From: Endomicrobiales bacterium
Lineage (GTDB): Bacteria; Elusimicrobiota; Endomicrobiia; Endomicrobiales; JALOBY01
NCBI GenBank assembly: GCA_963796955.1
Contig: CAWCNJ010000008.1
Coordinates: 480,001-544,000 of the forward strand
Direction of reading: 5' to 3'
Length of the DNA stretch: 64,000 nucleotides
A program made the translations under genes and the position numbers. Below the pieces are notes generated by a model. The model was not told where the DNA came from. It searched no databases and saw only the letters and a program-made list of their open reading frames with translations. Below, piece by piece: positions 29,519-39,688 of the stretch (within the stretch, counting starts at the first letter, position 1; each line of letters starts with the position of its first letter).

Positions 29519-30194
29519 CTGAGAAACGCACCGGCTCTATCTTCTGGTTCATTAAGTATTGTTTCAATTGCGGCTGGCAGCAATGCGCAAGCTCCGCTTC
29601 ACGCCAAAGCTCGCCGTAACCGGGATGCGTCATAAGTTCGGCAACGCCGTAATCTTCATCCACATTTCCCCAATACCAGCCCTCGATAAAATGATCCACG
29701 ACCCGCAAACCGTTATCAATAGCAAGTTTTTTTGCTGCTTCAAAGGCTTCTCTGTCTGGATAATGTTGCGCAAAAACCCGCATAAAAGGTATTTTGTATT
29801 CTTTCGCCACTTCACAGGCAGCAGGGAAGACCTCGTTAACCAGGTGAGCATGATGGTGGCTGTCAAAATGATCTGCGGTGAAGCCAAATGAATAGAACTT
29901 ATCCAACTGCCGGCGGAACTCCACCTTAAGGCATTCGTGGTTCAATATACCGTCCGCCCAGCCGGTCACGATCCCGTGGCCGTGCTCCACATTGAAATAT
30001 TTATCTATATCGACATGGATGCCCAGCGAAAGGCCGGGATGCTCATGCGCCATGCGCACAGCCTCGTCGGTACCTTCCTTCTCCACAAATAAAGAAGCGC
30101 TGGTCACCACACCTGTCTGGTGAGCCTGCAAGATACCTTTATTTATGTTCTCGCGGTAGCCGAAATCATCGGCATTTACTATAAGTTTTTTCAT
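29502..30194 (-). CDS. ChbG/HpnK/YdjC family carbohydrate deacetylase
   Basis: IVNADDFG, GIH, HFDSHHH, ELMTHPG. Confidence 0.9.
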   Translation of the reverse strand: MKKLIVNADDFGYRENINKGILQAHQTGVVTSASLFVEKEGTDEAVRMAHEHPGLSLGIHVDIDKYFNVEHGHGIVTGWADGILNHECLKVEFRRQLDKFYSFGFTADHFDSHHHAHLVNEVFPAACEVAKEYKIPFMRVFAQHYPDREAFEAAKKLAIDNGLRVVDHFIEGWYWGNVDEDYGVAELMTHPGYGELWREAELAHCCQPQLKQYLMNQKIEPVRFSDVVNQ

Positions 30195-30219
30195 CTTTAC
30201 TCAATTATACTAAATATTC

Positions 30220-31245
30220 CTATTTTATCAAGCTTTTTTTATCAAGCGCTTCGGCTATCTGCACGGCGTTAAGAGCGGCGCCCTTAAGCAGGTTATCGGA
30301 AACGACCCAGAACGTAAGTCCCCTGGCGCAGGAAATATCTTTGCGCAGGCGGCCGACATAGGTAACCTGTTTGCCTTCCGCAGCCAGCGGCGTGGGATAC
30401 TTCTTGTTGGCCGGGTCGTCAACCATTTCAATTCCTTCCGCCTTGGAAAGCAGTTTGCGCGCCGTTTCAACGGAAAGTTCTTTTTCCGTTTCTATCCACA
30501 CATTTTCACTGTGTGAGCGGTACACGGGAACGCGCACGCAGGTAGCGCTCAGCTGGATGGAATCATCGCCCATTATCTTGCGGGTTTCATTGACCATCTT
30601 CATTTCTTCTTTGGTATAGCCGTTCTCGGTAAAAACATCTATCTGCGGTATAAGGTTGAATGCTATCTGGTACTGGAACTTATTGGCCGCCGGGATAGAT
30701 TCCCCTTTCGCCCAGGCCATTGTCTGGCTTTTAAGTTCATCCATGCCTTTTTGCCCCGCGCCGGAAACCGACTGGTAGGTGGAGACCACAACACGCTTGA
30801 TCTTCGCTTCGTCGTGCAGCGGTTTCAGGGCGACCACCATCTGAATGGTGGAGCAATTAGGATTAGCGATAATTTTCTTGTCAGCGGCGAGGTCACCGGG
30901 GTTTACCTCCGGCACTACCAGGGGGACCTCTTTGTCCATACGCCAGGCGCTGGAGTTATCGATAACGAAGCAATTATTCTTCGCAAATATGGGAGCATAC
31001 TCTTTAGAGATATCGGAGCCGGCGCTGAACAGGGCAACATCAAGATCCTTTGTGTTTTCCGGGCACAACAATTCGACTTTGATATCCTTGCCGTTGAACT
31101 TAACGATCTTCCCCACCGAACGCTCGGAAGCCAGCAGCCGAAGGCTTTTGACCGGGAACTTTCGGTTCTCCAGCATCTTTACCATTTCAACGCCTACTGC
31201 GCCGGTCGCGCCGACCACTGCCACTCTATATTTGCTCACGTTCAT
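30220..31245 (-). CDS. asd: Aspartate-semialdehyde dehydrogenase
   Basis: GATGAVG, IANPNCST, DNLLKGAA. Confidence 0.97.
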   Translation of the reverse strand: MNVSKYRVAVVGATGAVGVEMVKMLENRKFPVKSLRLLASERSVGKIVKFNGKDIKVELLCPENTKDLDVALFSAGSDISKEYAPIFAKNNCFVIDNSSAWRMDKEVPLVVPEVNPGDLAADKKIIANPNCSTIQMVVALKPLHDEAKIKRVVVSTYQSVSGAGQKGMDELKSQTMAWAKGESIPAANKFQYQIAFNLIPQIDVFTENGYTKEEMKMVNETRKIMGDDSIQLSATCVRVPVYRSHSENVWIETEKELSVETARKLLSKAEGIEMVDDPANKKYPTPLAAEGKQVTYVGRLRKDISCARGLTFWVVSDNLLKGAALNAVQIAEALDKKSLIK

Positions 31246-31278
31246 TACTCCTGTTAATTAAGTATACGCTCTCTGCGA

Positions 31279-32343
31279 CTACAACATTGATGCGACGAAA
31301 TCGCCCATCTCTCTGGTGCCCATGCCCATCTTTCCTGCCGCAAGGGATTTGATCTTGCCGGTCTCAAGGCACTTGATAACAGCTGCCTCTATGGCTTTAC
31401 CGGCTGCCACTTCGCCGATAGTTTCCAGCATCATGCCGCCTGCGCAAATGGCCGCGAGCGGATTAATAACGTTCTGGCCGGTATACTTAGGCGCTGAACC
31501 GCCGATCGGCTCGAACATGGAAACACCGGTGGGGTTGATATTGCCGCCCGCTGCGATACCCATGCCGCCCTGTATCATGGCGCCAAGGTCCGTGATAATA
31601 TCGCCGAAGAGATTGTCGGTAACGATAACATCGAACCATTCCGGGTTCTTTACCATCCACATGGTCGTGGCGTCAACGTGGGCGTAATCAGGTTTTATAT
31701 CGGTATATTCTTTGGCGACGTCATAGAACGCGCGCTCCCAAAGATCGAAGGCATAGGTTAAAACGTTTGTTTTTCCGCACAGCGTAAGCTTCTTTGCCTT
31801 GTTGCGCCTGCGGGTCAGGTCGAAAGCGTACCGGATGCAGCGTTCGGCGCCGAAACGGGTGTTGATTGATTCCTGCACAGATACTTCCTGCGGCGTGCCC
31901 TTGCGCAGGAAACCGCCCGCGCCGACGTAGAGACCTTCGGTGTTTTCTCGTACCACCACGAAATCTATGTGTTCGGGACCTTTATCTTTCAAAGGGCAGG
32001 CCACGTTCGGATACAGTTTTACCGGGCGCAGGTTAATGTACTGGTCCAGCTCAAAACGCAGACGCAGTAGCAGCCCTTTTTCAAGGATACCGGGCTTAAC
32101 ATCGGGATGGCCGATGGCGCCGAGATAAATCCCGTCGAGTTTCCTCAATTCCGGAATAACGCTGTCCGGAAGTATCTCGCCTGTCTTTTTATAACGTTCA
32201 CCGCCGAGGTCGTAGTCGGTATAGTTGATCTTGATACCGAATTTCTTCGCGGCAACGTCAACCACTTTACGGCCTTCGCGAATTACTTCCGGGCCCGTTC
32301 CGTCTCCCGCTATGACACCTATCTGGTAAGTTTTGTTGGGCAT
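31279..32343 (-). CDS. leuB: 3-isopropylmalate dehydrogenase
   Basis: GDGTGPE, NLFGDIITD, EPIGGSAP; leu operon context. Confidence 0.93.
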   Translation of the reverse strand: MPNKTYQIGVIAGDGTGPEVIREGRKVVDVAAKKFGIKINYTDYDLGGERYKKTGEILPDSVIPELRKLDGIYLGAIGHPDVKPGILEKGLLLRLRFELDQYINLRPVKLYPNVACPLKDKGPEHIDFVVVRENTEGLYVGAGGFLRKGTPQEVSVQESINTRFGAERCIRYAFDLTRRRNKAKKLTLCGKTNVLTYAFDLWERAFYDVAKEYTDIKPDYAHVDATTMWMVKNPEWFDVIVTDNLFGDIITDLGAMIQGGMGIAAGGNINPTGVSMFEPIGGSAPKYTGQNVINPLAAICAGGMMLETIGEVAAGKAIEAAVIKCLETGKIKSLAAGKMGMGTREMGDFVASML

Positions 32344-32353
32344 GGTACACTCC

Positions 32354-32845
32354 TTATTTTTTCTTAGATTTTATATACGGCAGCAGGCCGCCTTTTTTAA
32401 CGATGTCCTGCATGAACTGCGGGAACGGCTGCGCCTGGTACGTTTCTTTTTTTGTAACATTCTTAATGATACCTTTCGAGAGATCAACCTCTATCTTATC
32501 GCCCATACGAATCCCTTTTACCGCTTCGGGGCATTCAAGGATAGGCAGACCGATATTGATAGCGTTACGGAAGAAGATGCGCGCGAAGGAATTCGCGATG
32601 ACCGCGGAAACCCCGGCGACTTTAATGGATATACCGGCATGTTCGCGCGAAGATCCGCAGCCGAAATTATTCTCGCCTACTATAAAATCTCCCTGCTTCA
32701 TATTCTTGACAAAATCCTTATCAAGGTCTTCCATGCAATGTTTCGCCAGTTCCTTATGGTCGGAAGTATTAAGGAAGCGCGCGGGTATTATTTCGTCGGT
32801 ATTGATGTTTGAGCCATATTTGAACGCATTACCTTTGAGTATCAT
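32354..32845 (-). CDS. leuD: 3-isopropylmalate dehydratase small subunit
   Basis: [27 protein letters not shown]. Confidence 0.95.
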   Translation of the reverse strand: MILKGNAFKYGSNINTDEIIPARFLNTSDHKELAKHCMEDLDKDFVKNMKQGDFIVGENNFGCGSSREHAGISIKVAGVSAVIANSFARIFFRNAINIGLPILECPEAVKGIRMGDKIEVDLSKGIIKNVTKKETYQAQPFPQFMQDIVKKGGLLPYIKSKKK

Positions 32846-32861
32846 TATATATCTCCTTGGA

Positions 32862-34121
32862 TTAGAGCTGATCCGGATCTATTATTCTGCCCTTGATGGC
32901 CGAGGCCGCTGCAACCGCGGGGTTCGCCAGATAAACTTCCGACTTCAGCGCGCCCATGCGCCCTACAAAGTTGCGGTTCGTAGTTGCCACGCAGCGTTCG
33001 CCGTCTGCAAGTATGCCCATGTGGCCGCCCAGGCACGGTCCGCACGTCGGCGGTGAAACTATTGCGCCGGCATTCATGAATATTTCGAAAAGGCCTTCCT
33101 TCATCGCCTGCTTCCAGATCCAGGGCGTCGCCGGTATCACCAGCATGCGCACATTCGAGTGCACTTTTTTGCCCTTGATTATTTTCGCCGCAAGCCTTAG
33201 GTCCTCTATGCGTCCGTTGGTGCAGGAGCCCACTACCACCTGATCAATGGTCAGCTTATTAAGATCACGCGCATTCTTTGCATTCGACGGCAGGAACGGT
33301 ACCGCTACCTGCGGCAGTATCTTTGAACAATCTATCTCTATTACTTCAGCATATTTAGCATCCGCATCGCTCGAATAAAATTTATATTTGCGCTGGGCGC
33401 GGCCTTTAACATAAGCCTCTGTTATCTTATCCGGCGCTATAATACCGCTTTTGCCGCCAGCCTCGATCGCCATATTCGTCATGGACATGCGGTCCGACAT
33501 GGAAAGTTTTTCTATCACAGGGCCAGCGAATTCCATGGCGCAATAAAGCGCGCCGTCAACGCCGATGCGGCCGATGGTGTTTAATATAAGGTCTTTTCCG
33601 CCGACCCATTTGTTAAGTTTACCTTTATAAACGAACTTTATCGTCTGCGGGACTTTGAACCAGACTTTACCGGTGATCATCGCAGCCGCAAGGTCGGTCG
33701 AGCCGGAACCTGTTGAGAACGCGCCAAGCGCTCCGTACGTGCAGGTATGGGAATCGGCGCCAAGCACCACATCGCCCGGCACAACAATTCCCTGCTCCGG
33801 GAGCAGCGCGTGTTCTACACCGCAATTGCCGCCCTCGTAATAATGTTTCAGTTTCTGTTCATGCGCGAACTCGCGAACGAACTTAACCTGCTCCGCGCTT
33901 TTGATATCTTTATTCGGCGTGAAGTGATCCATGACAAGCACCACTTTGTTTTTGTCGAATACTTTCTTAGCGCCAGTAGCGCGAAATTCCTTAATAGCAA
34001 GCGGCGTAGTAACATCATTGCCAAGGGCAATATCAACCTTCGGCTCAATGAACTCGCCCGCTACAACAGATTTTTTACCGCAATGCGCGGCCAGTATTTT
34101 CTCAGTTATCGTTTGACCCAT
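32862..34121 (-). CDS. leuC: 3-isopropylmalate dehydratase large subunit
   Basis: GADSHT, GSCTNGR, CGPCLG, TTNRNF. Confidence 0.95.
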   Translation of the reverse strand: MGQTITEKILAAHCGKKSVVAGEFIEPKVDIALGNDVTTPLAIKEFRATGAKKVFDKNKVVLVMDHFTPNKDIKSAEQVKFVREFAHEQKLKHYYEGGNCGVEHALLPEQGIVVPGDVVLGADSHTCTYGALGAFSTGSGSTDLAAAMITGKVWFKVPQTIKFVYKGKLNKWVGGKDLILNTIGRIGVDGALYCAMEFAGPVIEKLSMSDRMSMTNMAIEAGGKSGIIAPDKITEAYVKGRAQRKYKFYSSDADAKYAEVIEIDCSKILPQVAVPFLPSNAKNARDLNKLTIDQVVVGSCTNGRIEDLRLAAKIIKGKKVHSNVRMLVIPATPWIWKQAMKEGLFEIFMNAGAIVSPPTCGPCLGGHMGILADGERCVATTNRNFVGRMGALKSEVYLANPAVAAASAIKGRIIDPDQL

Positions 34122-34130
34122 TTGTTTCTC

Positions 34131-35660
34131 CTATTTTTCCGATGCTATTTTATTTATTGCCTGCAGGTATGCTTTGACGCTTGCTTCAATAATATCTGTA
34201 GATGCGCCGCGGCCTGTGTAGCTGTTGCCTTTGTAATCGGCCCGCACGTTTACTTCGCCCTGAGCGTCTTCGCCCCCGGAAACAGCGCGGATCGTATAGT
34301 CGCTGAGGCTTGCTCTAATGCCGGTTATCTTTTCTATCGCTTTATAGGCGGCATCTACAGGGCCGTCGCCTGTCGAAGCTTCCTGTGTGATAACAGGTTG
34401 TTTGGCTTTCTTAGCGTTGCAGGCAATGCGTACCGTGGCGGTTGGAACTACGCCCGTGCCGCTGGAGGTTTGCAGATATTCCAGCACGTAGACCGCAGGG
34501 GCCTGCGCGATGCCGGCCTCGACGAGAGAAAGGATATCGTCGTCATAAACGCACTTTTTCTTATCGGCAAGGACCTTGAACTGGCTGAAAAGTTTTTCTA
34601 TCTCTTCAGTCTTCACTATGTAGCCGAGATCTTTGAGGCGGCGCACAAAAGCGTGGCGGCCGCTGTGTTTGCCGAGCACCAGTTTGTTGGACGGTACGCC
34701 GACAGCCTTGGGATCCATTATTTCATAAGTCGTGCGCTCTTTCAGCACACCGTCCTGATGGATGCCTGCTTCATGGGCGAATGCGTTGGCACCGATAATG
34801 GCTTTGTTCGGCTGAACCGCGACACCGGTAAGTGTTGAGACCATGCGGCTGGTCTTGTAAAGTTCTTTCGTATTTATGTTACATTCAACGTTAAGCAGAT
34901 CATGGCGTGTATGCATAGCCATGACTACTTCTTCAAGTGCGGCATTGCCGGCGCGTTCGCCTATACCGTTTATGGTGCACTCAACCTGCCGCGCACCACC
35001 CGCTATAGCAGAAAGAGAATTCGCCACCGCAAGACCGAGGTCGTTATGACAATGGACCGACACAATAACCTTGTCTATGCCTTTCACACGGTCACGCAGG
35101 CCGCGTATGGTGCGGATGTATTCGTCAGGAAGCGTGTAGCCAACGGTGTCCGGAATATTAACGGTTTTTGCACCGGCCGCTATCACAGCCTCTATAACGG
35201 CGCACAGATAATTAAAATCTGTGCGAGTGGCATCTTCCGCGGAAAACTCTACATCCTTGCAAAGCGAGCAGGCGTATTTGACCGATTTAACGGCCATCGC
35301 CAGCACTTCATCGCGGGTTTTGTTCAGCTTGCTTTTTATATGAATGTCTGAGGTGGCAAGGAAAACATGTATACGGTTGCGCTTGGCATACTTAACGGCA
35401 TCCCAGCAGGCCGTAATATCCTTCTCATGGGCACGGGCAAGGCCGGCTATAACAGGGCCGTTAATCTTTTGAGCTAACTGTTTGACGGACTCGAAATCGC
35501 CCGGGCTGGAGATAGGAAAACCGGCTTCCATAACATCAACGCCAAGCTTTGTCAGCTGTCTGCCGATCTCAAGCTTTTCGCGTATGTTCATGCTGGCGCC
35601 CGGTGACTGCTCGCCGTCGCGCATGGTGGTATCAAAAATAATTACATTATTGTTTTTCAT
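34131..35660 (-). CDS. leuA: 2-isopropylmalate synthase
   Basis: [25 protein letters not shown] regulatory domain. Confidence 0.96.
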   Translation of the reverse strand: MKNNNVIIFDTTMRDGEQSPGASMNIREKLEIGRQLTKLGVDVMEAGFPISSPGDFESVKQLAQKINGPVIAGLARAHEKDITACWDAVKYAKRNRIHVFLATSDIHIKSKLNKTRDEVLAMAVKSVKYACSLCKDVEFSAEDATRTDFNYLCAVIEAVIAAGAKTVNIPDTVGYTLPDEYIRTIRGLRDRVKGIDKVIVSVHCHNDLGLAVANSLSAIAGGARQVECTINGIGERAGNAALEEVVMAMHTRHDLLNVECNINTKELYKTSRMVSTLTGVAVQPNKAIIGANAFAHEAGIHQDGVLKERTTYEIMDPKAVGVPSNKLVLGKHSGRHAFVRRLKDLGYIVKTEEIEKLFSQFKVLADKKKCVYDDDILSLVEAGIAQAPAVYVLEYLQTSSGTGVVPTATVRIACNAKKAKQPVITQEASTGDGPVDAAYKAIEKITGIRASLSDYTIRAVSGGEDAQGEVNVRADYKGNSYTGRGASTDIIEASVKAYLQAINKIASEK

Positions 35661-35693
35661 TACGGGTTACCTCATTTAAGTTGTAGATCAGAG

Positions 35694-36527
35694 TTATTTC
35701 GTGTTGTCTTTGGGTTTAGCATCCAAAGTTCCGGTGTCTTTCAAAGGCGCATTAAATCTGCCGCGCAATCGAAAATACCGCAACACAAGGCCGGTAAGCC
35801 CCGATAGGACGTAAAGGAGGAAAATTATGAAGATGGTGTTTTGAGGATAGGTTATTATCAGCATGATGCCTATTATAAAAACCAGCAGTATCTGCAGCGT
35901 TTTAGGCCGCGTTAATTTGAATTTCTTAAAGCTTGAGTATGGCACTTCCGAGACCATAAGGAACGATATGACCAGCATGGTCAGCGGAATACTTTTAAAG
36001 AACAGGGGCATTTTCTGCATGATCACCGGTATGGTCTTTACCGTGATCTCCGGACCTTCAACGAAAAGTTCGTAGCTGAGAACAAAAGAAGCAAGCAGTG
36101 CAGCAGCCGCCGGTGTCGGCAGTCCCTGGAACTCTGTAGCGGGAACACCGCTGGTATCATCGTGAGCCTTAACGTTAAAGCGCGCCAGCCTGAGGGCGCC
36201 GCACAGCAGGTAAAAGAAGGCGATAGCCGCACCGATCCTTCCCATTTCAAAAAGCACCAGCTGGTACATCAGCACCGCGGGCGCAACGCAAAAAGAGACA
36301 AGGTCCGAAAGAGAATCGAACTCAACGCCGAAATCGCTGGTGGTTTTAGTCCATCTGGCAACACGGCCGTCCATCATATCCATGATAATGGCCAGCATTA
36401 TGCACCAGGCTGCCGGCACAAAATCCATGCGTATGGCATACAGCATAGAGAGCATGCCGAACATCATATTCGCAGCAGTAAAAAGGCTGGGCAGCAGGTA
36501 AATACCGCGCGGCATTTTAGGGATCAT
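35694..36527 (-). CDS. pssA: CDP-diacylglycerol--serine O-phosphatidyltransferase
   Basis: DMMDGRVAR...DSLSD, LRLARFN, GLPTP. Confidence 0.94.
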   Translation of the reverse strand: MIPKMPRGIYLLPSLFTAANMMFGMLSMLYAIRMDFVPAAWCIMLAIIMDMMDGRVARWTKTTSDFGVEFDSLSDLVSFCVAPAVLMYQLVLFEMGRIGAAIAFFYLLCGALRLARFNVKAHDDTSGVPATEFQGLPTPAAAALLASFVLSYELFVEGPEITVKTIPVIMQKMPLFFKSIPLTMLVISFLMVSEVPYSSFKKFKLTRPKTLQILLVFIIGIMLIITYPQNTIFIIFLLYVLSGLTGLVLRYFRLRGRFNAPLKDTGTLDAKPKDNTK

Positions 36528-37144
36528 TTAAAGTTCCCTAACACCGTTATACCGCCGACCGTCTTATCGCCGGGTTTAACAGAAACAACCGTTGCGGCAG
36601 GCAGATGAATGTCTACCTGCGAGCTGAATTTAATAACGCCTATTTTCCCGCCCTTTTCCACCGTGTCGCCCGGTTTTACCCAGGAAACGCAACGGCGGGC
36701 AAGGATGCCGGCGATCTGTATCACCTTCATGCGCCCGTGTTTCGTATCGAAAGTCATAATGATCTGCTCGTTCTCCACATGCGCCTTTGGGTCCATTGCC
36801 GGCAGGAATTTTCCCGCCTTACGCTCAACGGCAACGACGGTGCCCGCAAAAGGCGAGCGCTGCAGGTGCACATTAAAAACCGAAAGAAAAATACGTATTA
36901 CTTTTTCCCCGTTGTTCTCCGATACTTCCATCACAACGCCGTCTGCTGGAGAAAGCAGCTGCCCCTCAACATCAACGATGGTCCTGGAAGGATCGCGGAA
37001 AAAATACATACAGAAAAGCGCCGCCGCCAGCAGAACAATGGAGACCGCCTGCATGACCGGATGCTGCCGTGAATACATAAGCCCTGCTACACCTAATACG
37101 CCTGGAACAGCAATAAATGGTATACCTTCGCTCACAATAGTCAT
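36524..37144 (-). CDS. psd: Phosphatidylserine decarboxylase proenzyme
   Basis: FFRDP, SPADG, FNVH, KFSSQVD cleavage region. Confidence 0.93.
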   Translation of the reverse strand: MTIVSEGIPFIAVPGVLGVAGLMYSRQHPVMQAVSIVLLAAALFCMYFFRDPSRTIVDVEGQLLSPADGVVMEVSENNGEKVIRIFLSVFNVHLQRSPFAGTVVAVERKAGKFLPAMDPKAHVENEQIIMTFDTKHGRMKVIQIAGILARRCVSWVKPGDTVEKGGKIGVIKFSSQVDIHLPAATVVSVKPGDKTVGGITVLGNFK

Positions 37145-37153
37145 AATAGAGTG

Positions 37154-37183
37154 ATTTTACCAGAAAACATGAAGGATTGTCAA
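37154..37183 (-). promoter_or_regulatory. Sigma70 promoter of psd-pssA-leu operon
   Basis: TTGACA-18-TAAAAT with TG extension, ATG 9 nt downstream, no SD. Confidence 0.6.
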
Positions 37184-37200
37184 TAAAAAGCTACGGATGG

Positions 37201-38118
37201 TCAGGCAGCAGGTTTCTGGGAAGGCAACAAATCGCGGAGCCAGCCGAAGAATGTTTTTTTCGTGCGTTGAAGTTTAAAGGCGCCGATCTTGGCATTGGCG
37301 GCGGACTCGCCGCGTTCTATCAACAGATCGAGCTTATCGAATGCCGTCCAGTGCAGGTTCTTGATATCCGGTGAGATGACGATATCGGCCTCTTCCAGAT
37401 ACACTTCGTTCAGTATGATACCGGTAATGTATTTGGCGCGGTCTATTATCTCGCGAGCTTTGTCAGGCTTTTCAAAATGGCCGCCCAGGCTTTTCACGTC
37501 GCTGCCGATCACCACATCCGGATGAAAGTACTTTTTAAGCGGCCGGATGGGAGTGGAACCGGCATAGCCGCCGTCCGCTAACCAGCAGCCGTCCACCAGT
37601 ATAGGCGGGAACACGCCGGGTATGGAAGCTGAGGCAAGCACGGCTTCCCTGAGAGAACCCTTGTTAAAAACTTTTTCTTTGCAGCCGTTCAGGTCTATTG
37701 CGACGCAAACAAAAGGTATCTTTGTTTCCCGGATATCTATGTCCGGCAGAAGGCTTATAATAGGTGCATTAAGCCTGTCGATGCCTATGAAAGAAGCGCG
37801 GGTTTCCCCTATGATGTGCAGGTAACCGTTCTTGATAAAATCCCGCATCTTTATAAGGAACGAATGGTGGCTGATCGCTCCCTGCATGAGAGAGCTTATC
37901 TTCATATCTTCGATCGTTTTACTAAGGAGCATGCGAATTTTTGTTTCGACAATATTGATATCCGGTTCGACGGCGTACAGTGCCCCGACGATAGCCCCCA
38001 TAGAAGCGCCCGCTATACAATCAACAACGATATTATTTTTTTGCAGAGCCTTAAGCACACCGATATGCGCAAGTCCCCGCGCCCCGCCGCCGCCAAGAGC
38101 AATTCCCACTTTTGCCAT
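37201..38118 (-). CDS. Patatin-like phospholipase
   Basis: GGGGARG, GASMG nucleophile, DGG. Confidence 0.93.
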   Translation of the reverse strand: MAKVGIALGGGGARGLAHIGVLKALQKNNIVVDCIAGASMGAIVGALYAVEPDINIVETKIRMLLSKTIEDMKISSLMQGAISHHSFLIKMRDFIKNGYLHIIGETRASFIGIDRLNAPIISLLPDIDIRETKIPFVCVAIDLNGCKEKVFNKGSLREAVLASASIPGVFPPILVDGCWLADGGYAGSTPIRPLKKYFHPDVVIGSDVKSLGGHFEKPDKAREIIDRAKYITGIILNEVYLEEADIVISPDIKNLHWTAFDKLDLLIERGESAANAKIGAFKLQRTKKTFFGWLRDLLPSQKPAA

Positions 38119-38149
38119 AACGCACCTCTGATATCGATAGTATTGCGAA

Positions 38150-38656
38150 TTATTTTATCTTATCCAGCAAAGACACCGCGAAAAACATCTCCCCCATAAG
38201 CATAACACTAAAACTCAGTTTAAACAACCTGAATTTGCCGTCCACTATCCGGGCGTTCGCGACGATCTGCCGGCACAGGTTCTCATGATAGCCGTTACCC
38301 TTAAGCGTGCAGTTAAGGTTCTTCTCCATAACTTCAACATATTCCGTGGGCGTATACTTTGCGATATCTCCGAAATAAAGTATATTGTCTTCCGGCGCAG
38401 GTCTTTCGGGCCTGTGGTTAATTTTGTAAAGCCATCCCGTCAACTTCGATTTAGGCATAAACGAGGCCACGCACAACAGCACCGAGAGCACCAGAAATAC
38501 ACTGCTTATTTCCAGCCAGATGTTGAAATTGATATTTATGAACTTCACCGCCGTCAACTGCAAGCCAAGGAACGTAAGTATATTTATATTCTTCGTCTCG
38601 GCGTACCGTACCAGCAGATCAATAGAATCAAACACCTTCCACAATGCCATTTCCAT
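38150..38656 (-). CDS. Pycsar-effector-family (DUF5706/PycTM-like) membrane protein
   Basis: YAETK helix, two TMs, NILYFGDIA, QIVANARIVDGKF, C-terminal TM. Confidence 0.8.
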   Translation of the reverse strand: MEMALWKVFDSIDLLVRYAETKNINILTFLGLQLTAVKFININFNIWLEISSVFLVLSVLLCVASFMPKSKLTGWLYKINHRPERPAPEDNILYFGDIAKYTPTEYVEVMEKNLNCTLKGNGYHENLCRQIVANARIVDGKFRLFKLSFSVMLMGEMFFAVSLLDKIK

Positions 38657-38657
38657 A

Positions 38658-39056
38658 TTATACCACCCTCTTCACAGGTCGATTAACAGACGAACGTTTG
38701 CTGCTTTTTCGAGCCGCCGATCTAACTACTTTTACTTTTTTTATGCCCGCATACTTAACCGGTTTTTCCATCACCCGCCCGCGGCTTCTTTTTGCGGCGA
38801 TCTGATACACTGCATCATCTTTTCTCTTGCCTATAGCCAGGACAAATATCTCTTTGCCTATAACCCTGTAGACGATCCTATGATCACCCACGCGATATTT
38901 TCGGAATCCCCTAAGGGTCCCATGCAAGTAATCGCCATACTCCAGAGGAGCAACCATTAACCTCATCTCAATAGCATTTTTAATACGCGACGCCATTTCC
39001 TTGTTAAGAGCTGGTATATCTACTTCAAGAACATGAAGATCATATCGTACTTTCAC
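38658..39056 (-). CDS. RelE/ParE family toxin with basic C-terminal extension
   Basis: P..YG..LHGTLRGFRKYRVGDHRIVY...IGKRKD..VY. Confidence 0.9.
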   Translation of the reverse strand: MKVRYDLHVLEVDIPALNKEMASRIKNAIEMRLMVAPLEYGDYLHGTLRGFRKYRVGDHRIVYRVIGKEIFVLAIGKRKDDAVYQIAAKRSRGRVMEKPVKYAGIKKVKVVRSAARKSSKRSSVNRPVKRVV

Positions 39057-39289
39057 TTTGCGATTTTAGCCCATACTTCCTTGTGAGAAACACACTTTTT
39101 TTTCCAACCGGGCTGAGACATTCGCTCAGAACAAAGCTTTTCAAAATACTCATCTTCCACAAGATCTATACCTTTTAAAATAAAGTCCCTGCACACACTT
39201 GAAACAGACATCTGTCGTTTCTTCGCAATGTCCCGCACCCTATCCCGCACCGGCGGCTCAAGCAAAACGAGTGTTCGTAAATTATTCAT
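39053..39289 (-). CDS. RHH-type antitoxin
   Basis: GGAGG SD, RTLVLL...SVSSVCRD, VSHKEVW tail; overlaps toxin start. Confidence 0.85.
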   Translation of the reverse strand: MNNLRTLVLLEPPVRDRVRDIAKKRQMSVSSVCRDFILKGIDLVEDEYFEKLCSERMSQPGWKKKCVSHKEVWAKIAK

Positions 39290-39304
39290 ATTATTTACCT
39301 CCAA

Positions 39305-39337
39305 ACAAAGTGTATCTGATGTGATACACTTTGTCAA
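39305..39337 (-). promoter_or_regulatory. Promoter with overlapping palindromic operator
   Basis: TTGACA-17-TACACT on minus strand; perfect inverted repeat ACAAAGTGTATC-N6-GATACACTTTGT. Confidence 0.85.
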
Positions 39338-39380
39338 TACGACGTATTTTTCCAGCGACAGCTCACCGCTGGTATCGTAA

Positions 39381-39411
39381 AAAAACCACCAGCCGTTAGG
39401 CGTGTGGTTTT
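39381..39411 (-). terminator. Terminator-like hairpin after hicA
   Basis: AAAACCAC...GTGGTTTT imperfect stem with T-tract on minus strand. Confidence 0.5.
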
Positions 39412-39466
39412 AAAATTAAAATCTGTCATTCAAGTTCACTTCGTTTCCCCGCGCTTCTTTTATTGT

Positions 39467-39688
39467 TCAGACAGAGTAAAACTCTTCTATCTCAACTTGT
39501 ATATCATTTAGAATAGACCTTAGAAGCCCTCTACCCAGGCCTTCGCCTTTGTGTATTGGAACAACCGTTGATCTGCCGTCTTGGTGTTCCCAAAAGCTGT
39601 GACTGCCTTTCTGTCTAATCATGATAAAGCCTAGCTTTTTGAGTTTTTTGCAGACATCTCTTGCGGGAAGAGGGTGAAGCCTGGTCAT
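39467..39688 (-). CDS. hicA: HicA family toxin
   Basis: LGF..IRQKGSH...H.DGR.TVVPIH...GLLRSIL. Confidence 0.93.
   Translation of the reverse strand: MTRLHPLPARDVCKKLKKLGFIMIRQKGSHSFWEHQDGRSTVVPIHKGEGLGRGLLRSILNDIQVEIEEFYSV

Noticed and set aside
33747..34838. 363-aa ORF on +
   Set aside because: Antisense shadow of leuA/leuC with no recognisable motifs
35661..35693. Leucine attenuator or T-box before leuA
   Set aside because: Only 33 bp separate pssA and leuA; no room for a leader
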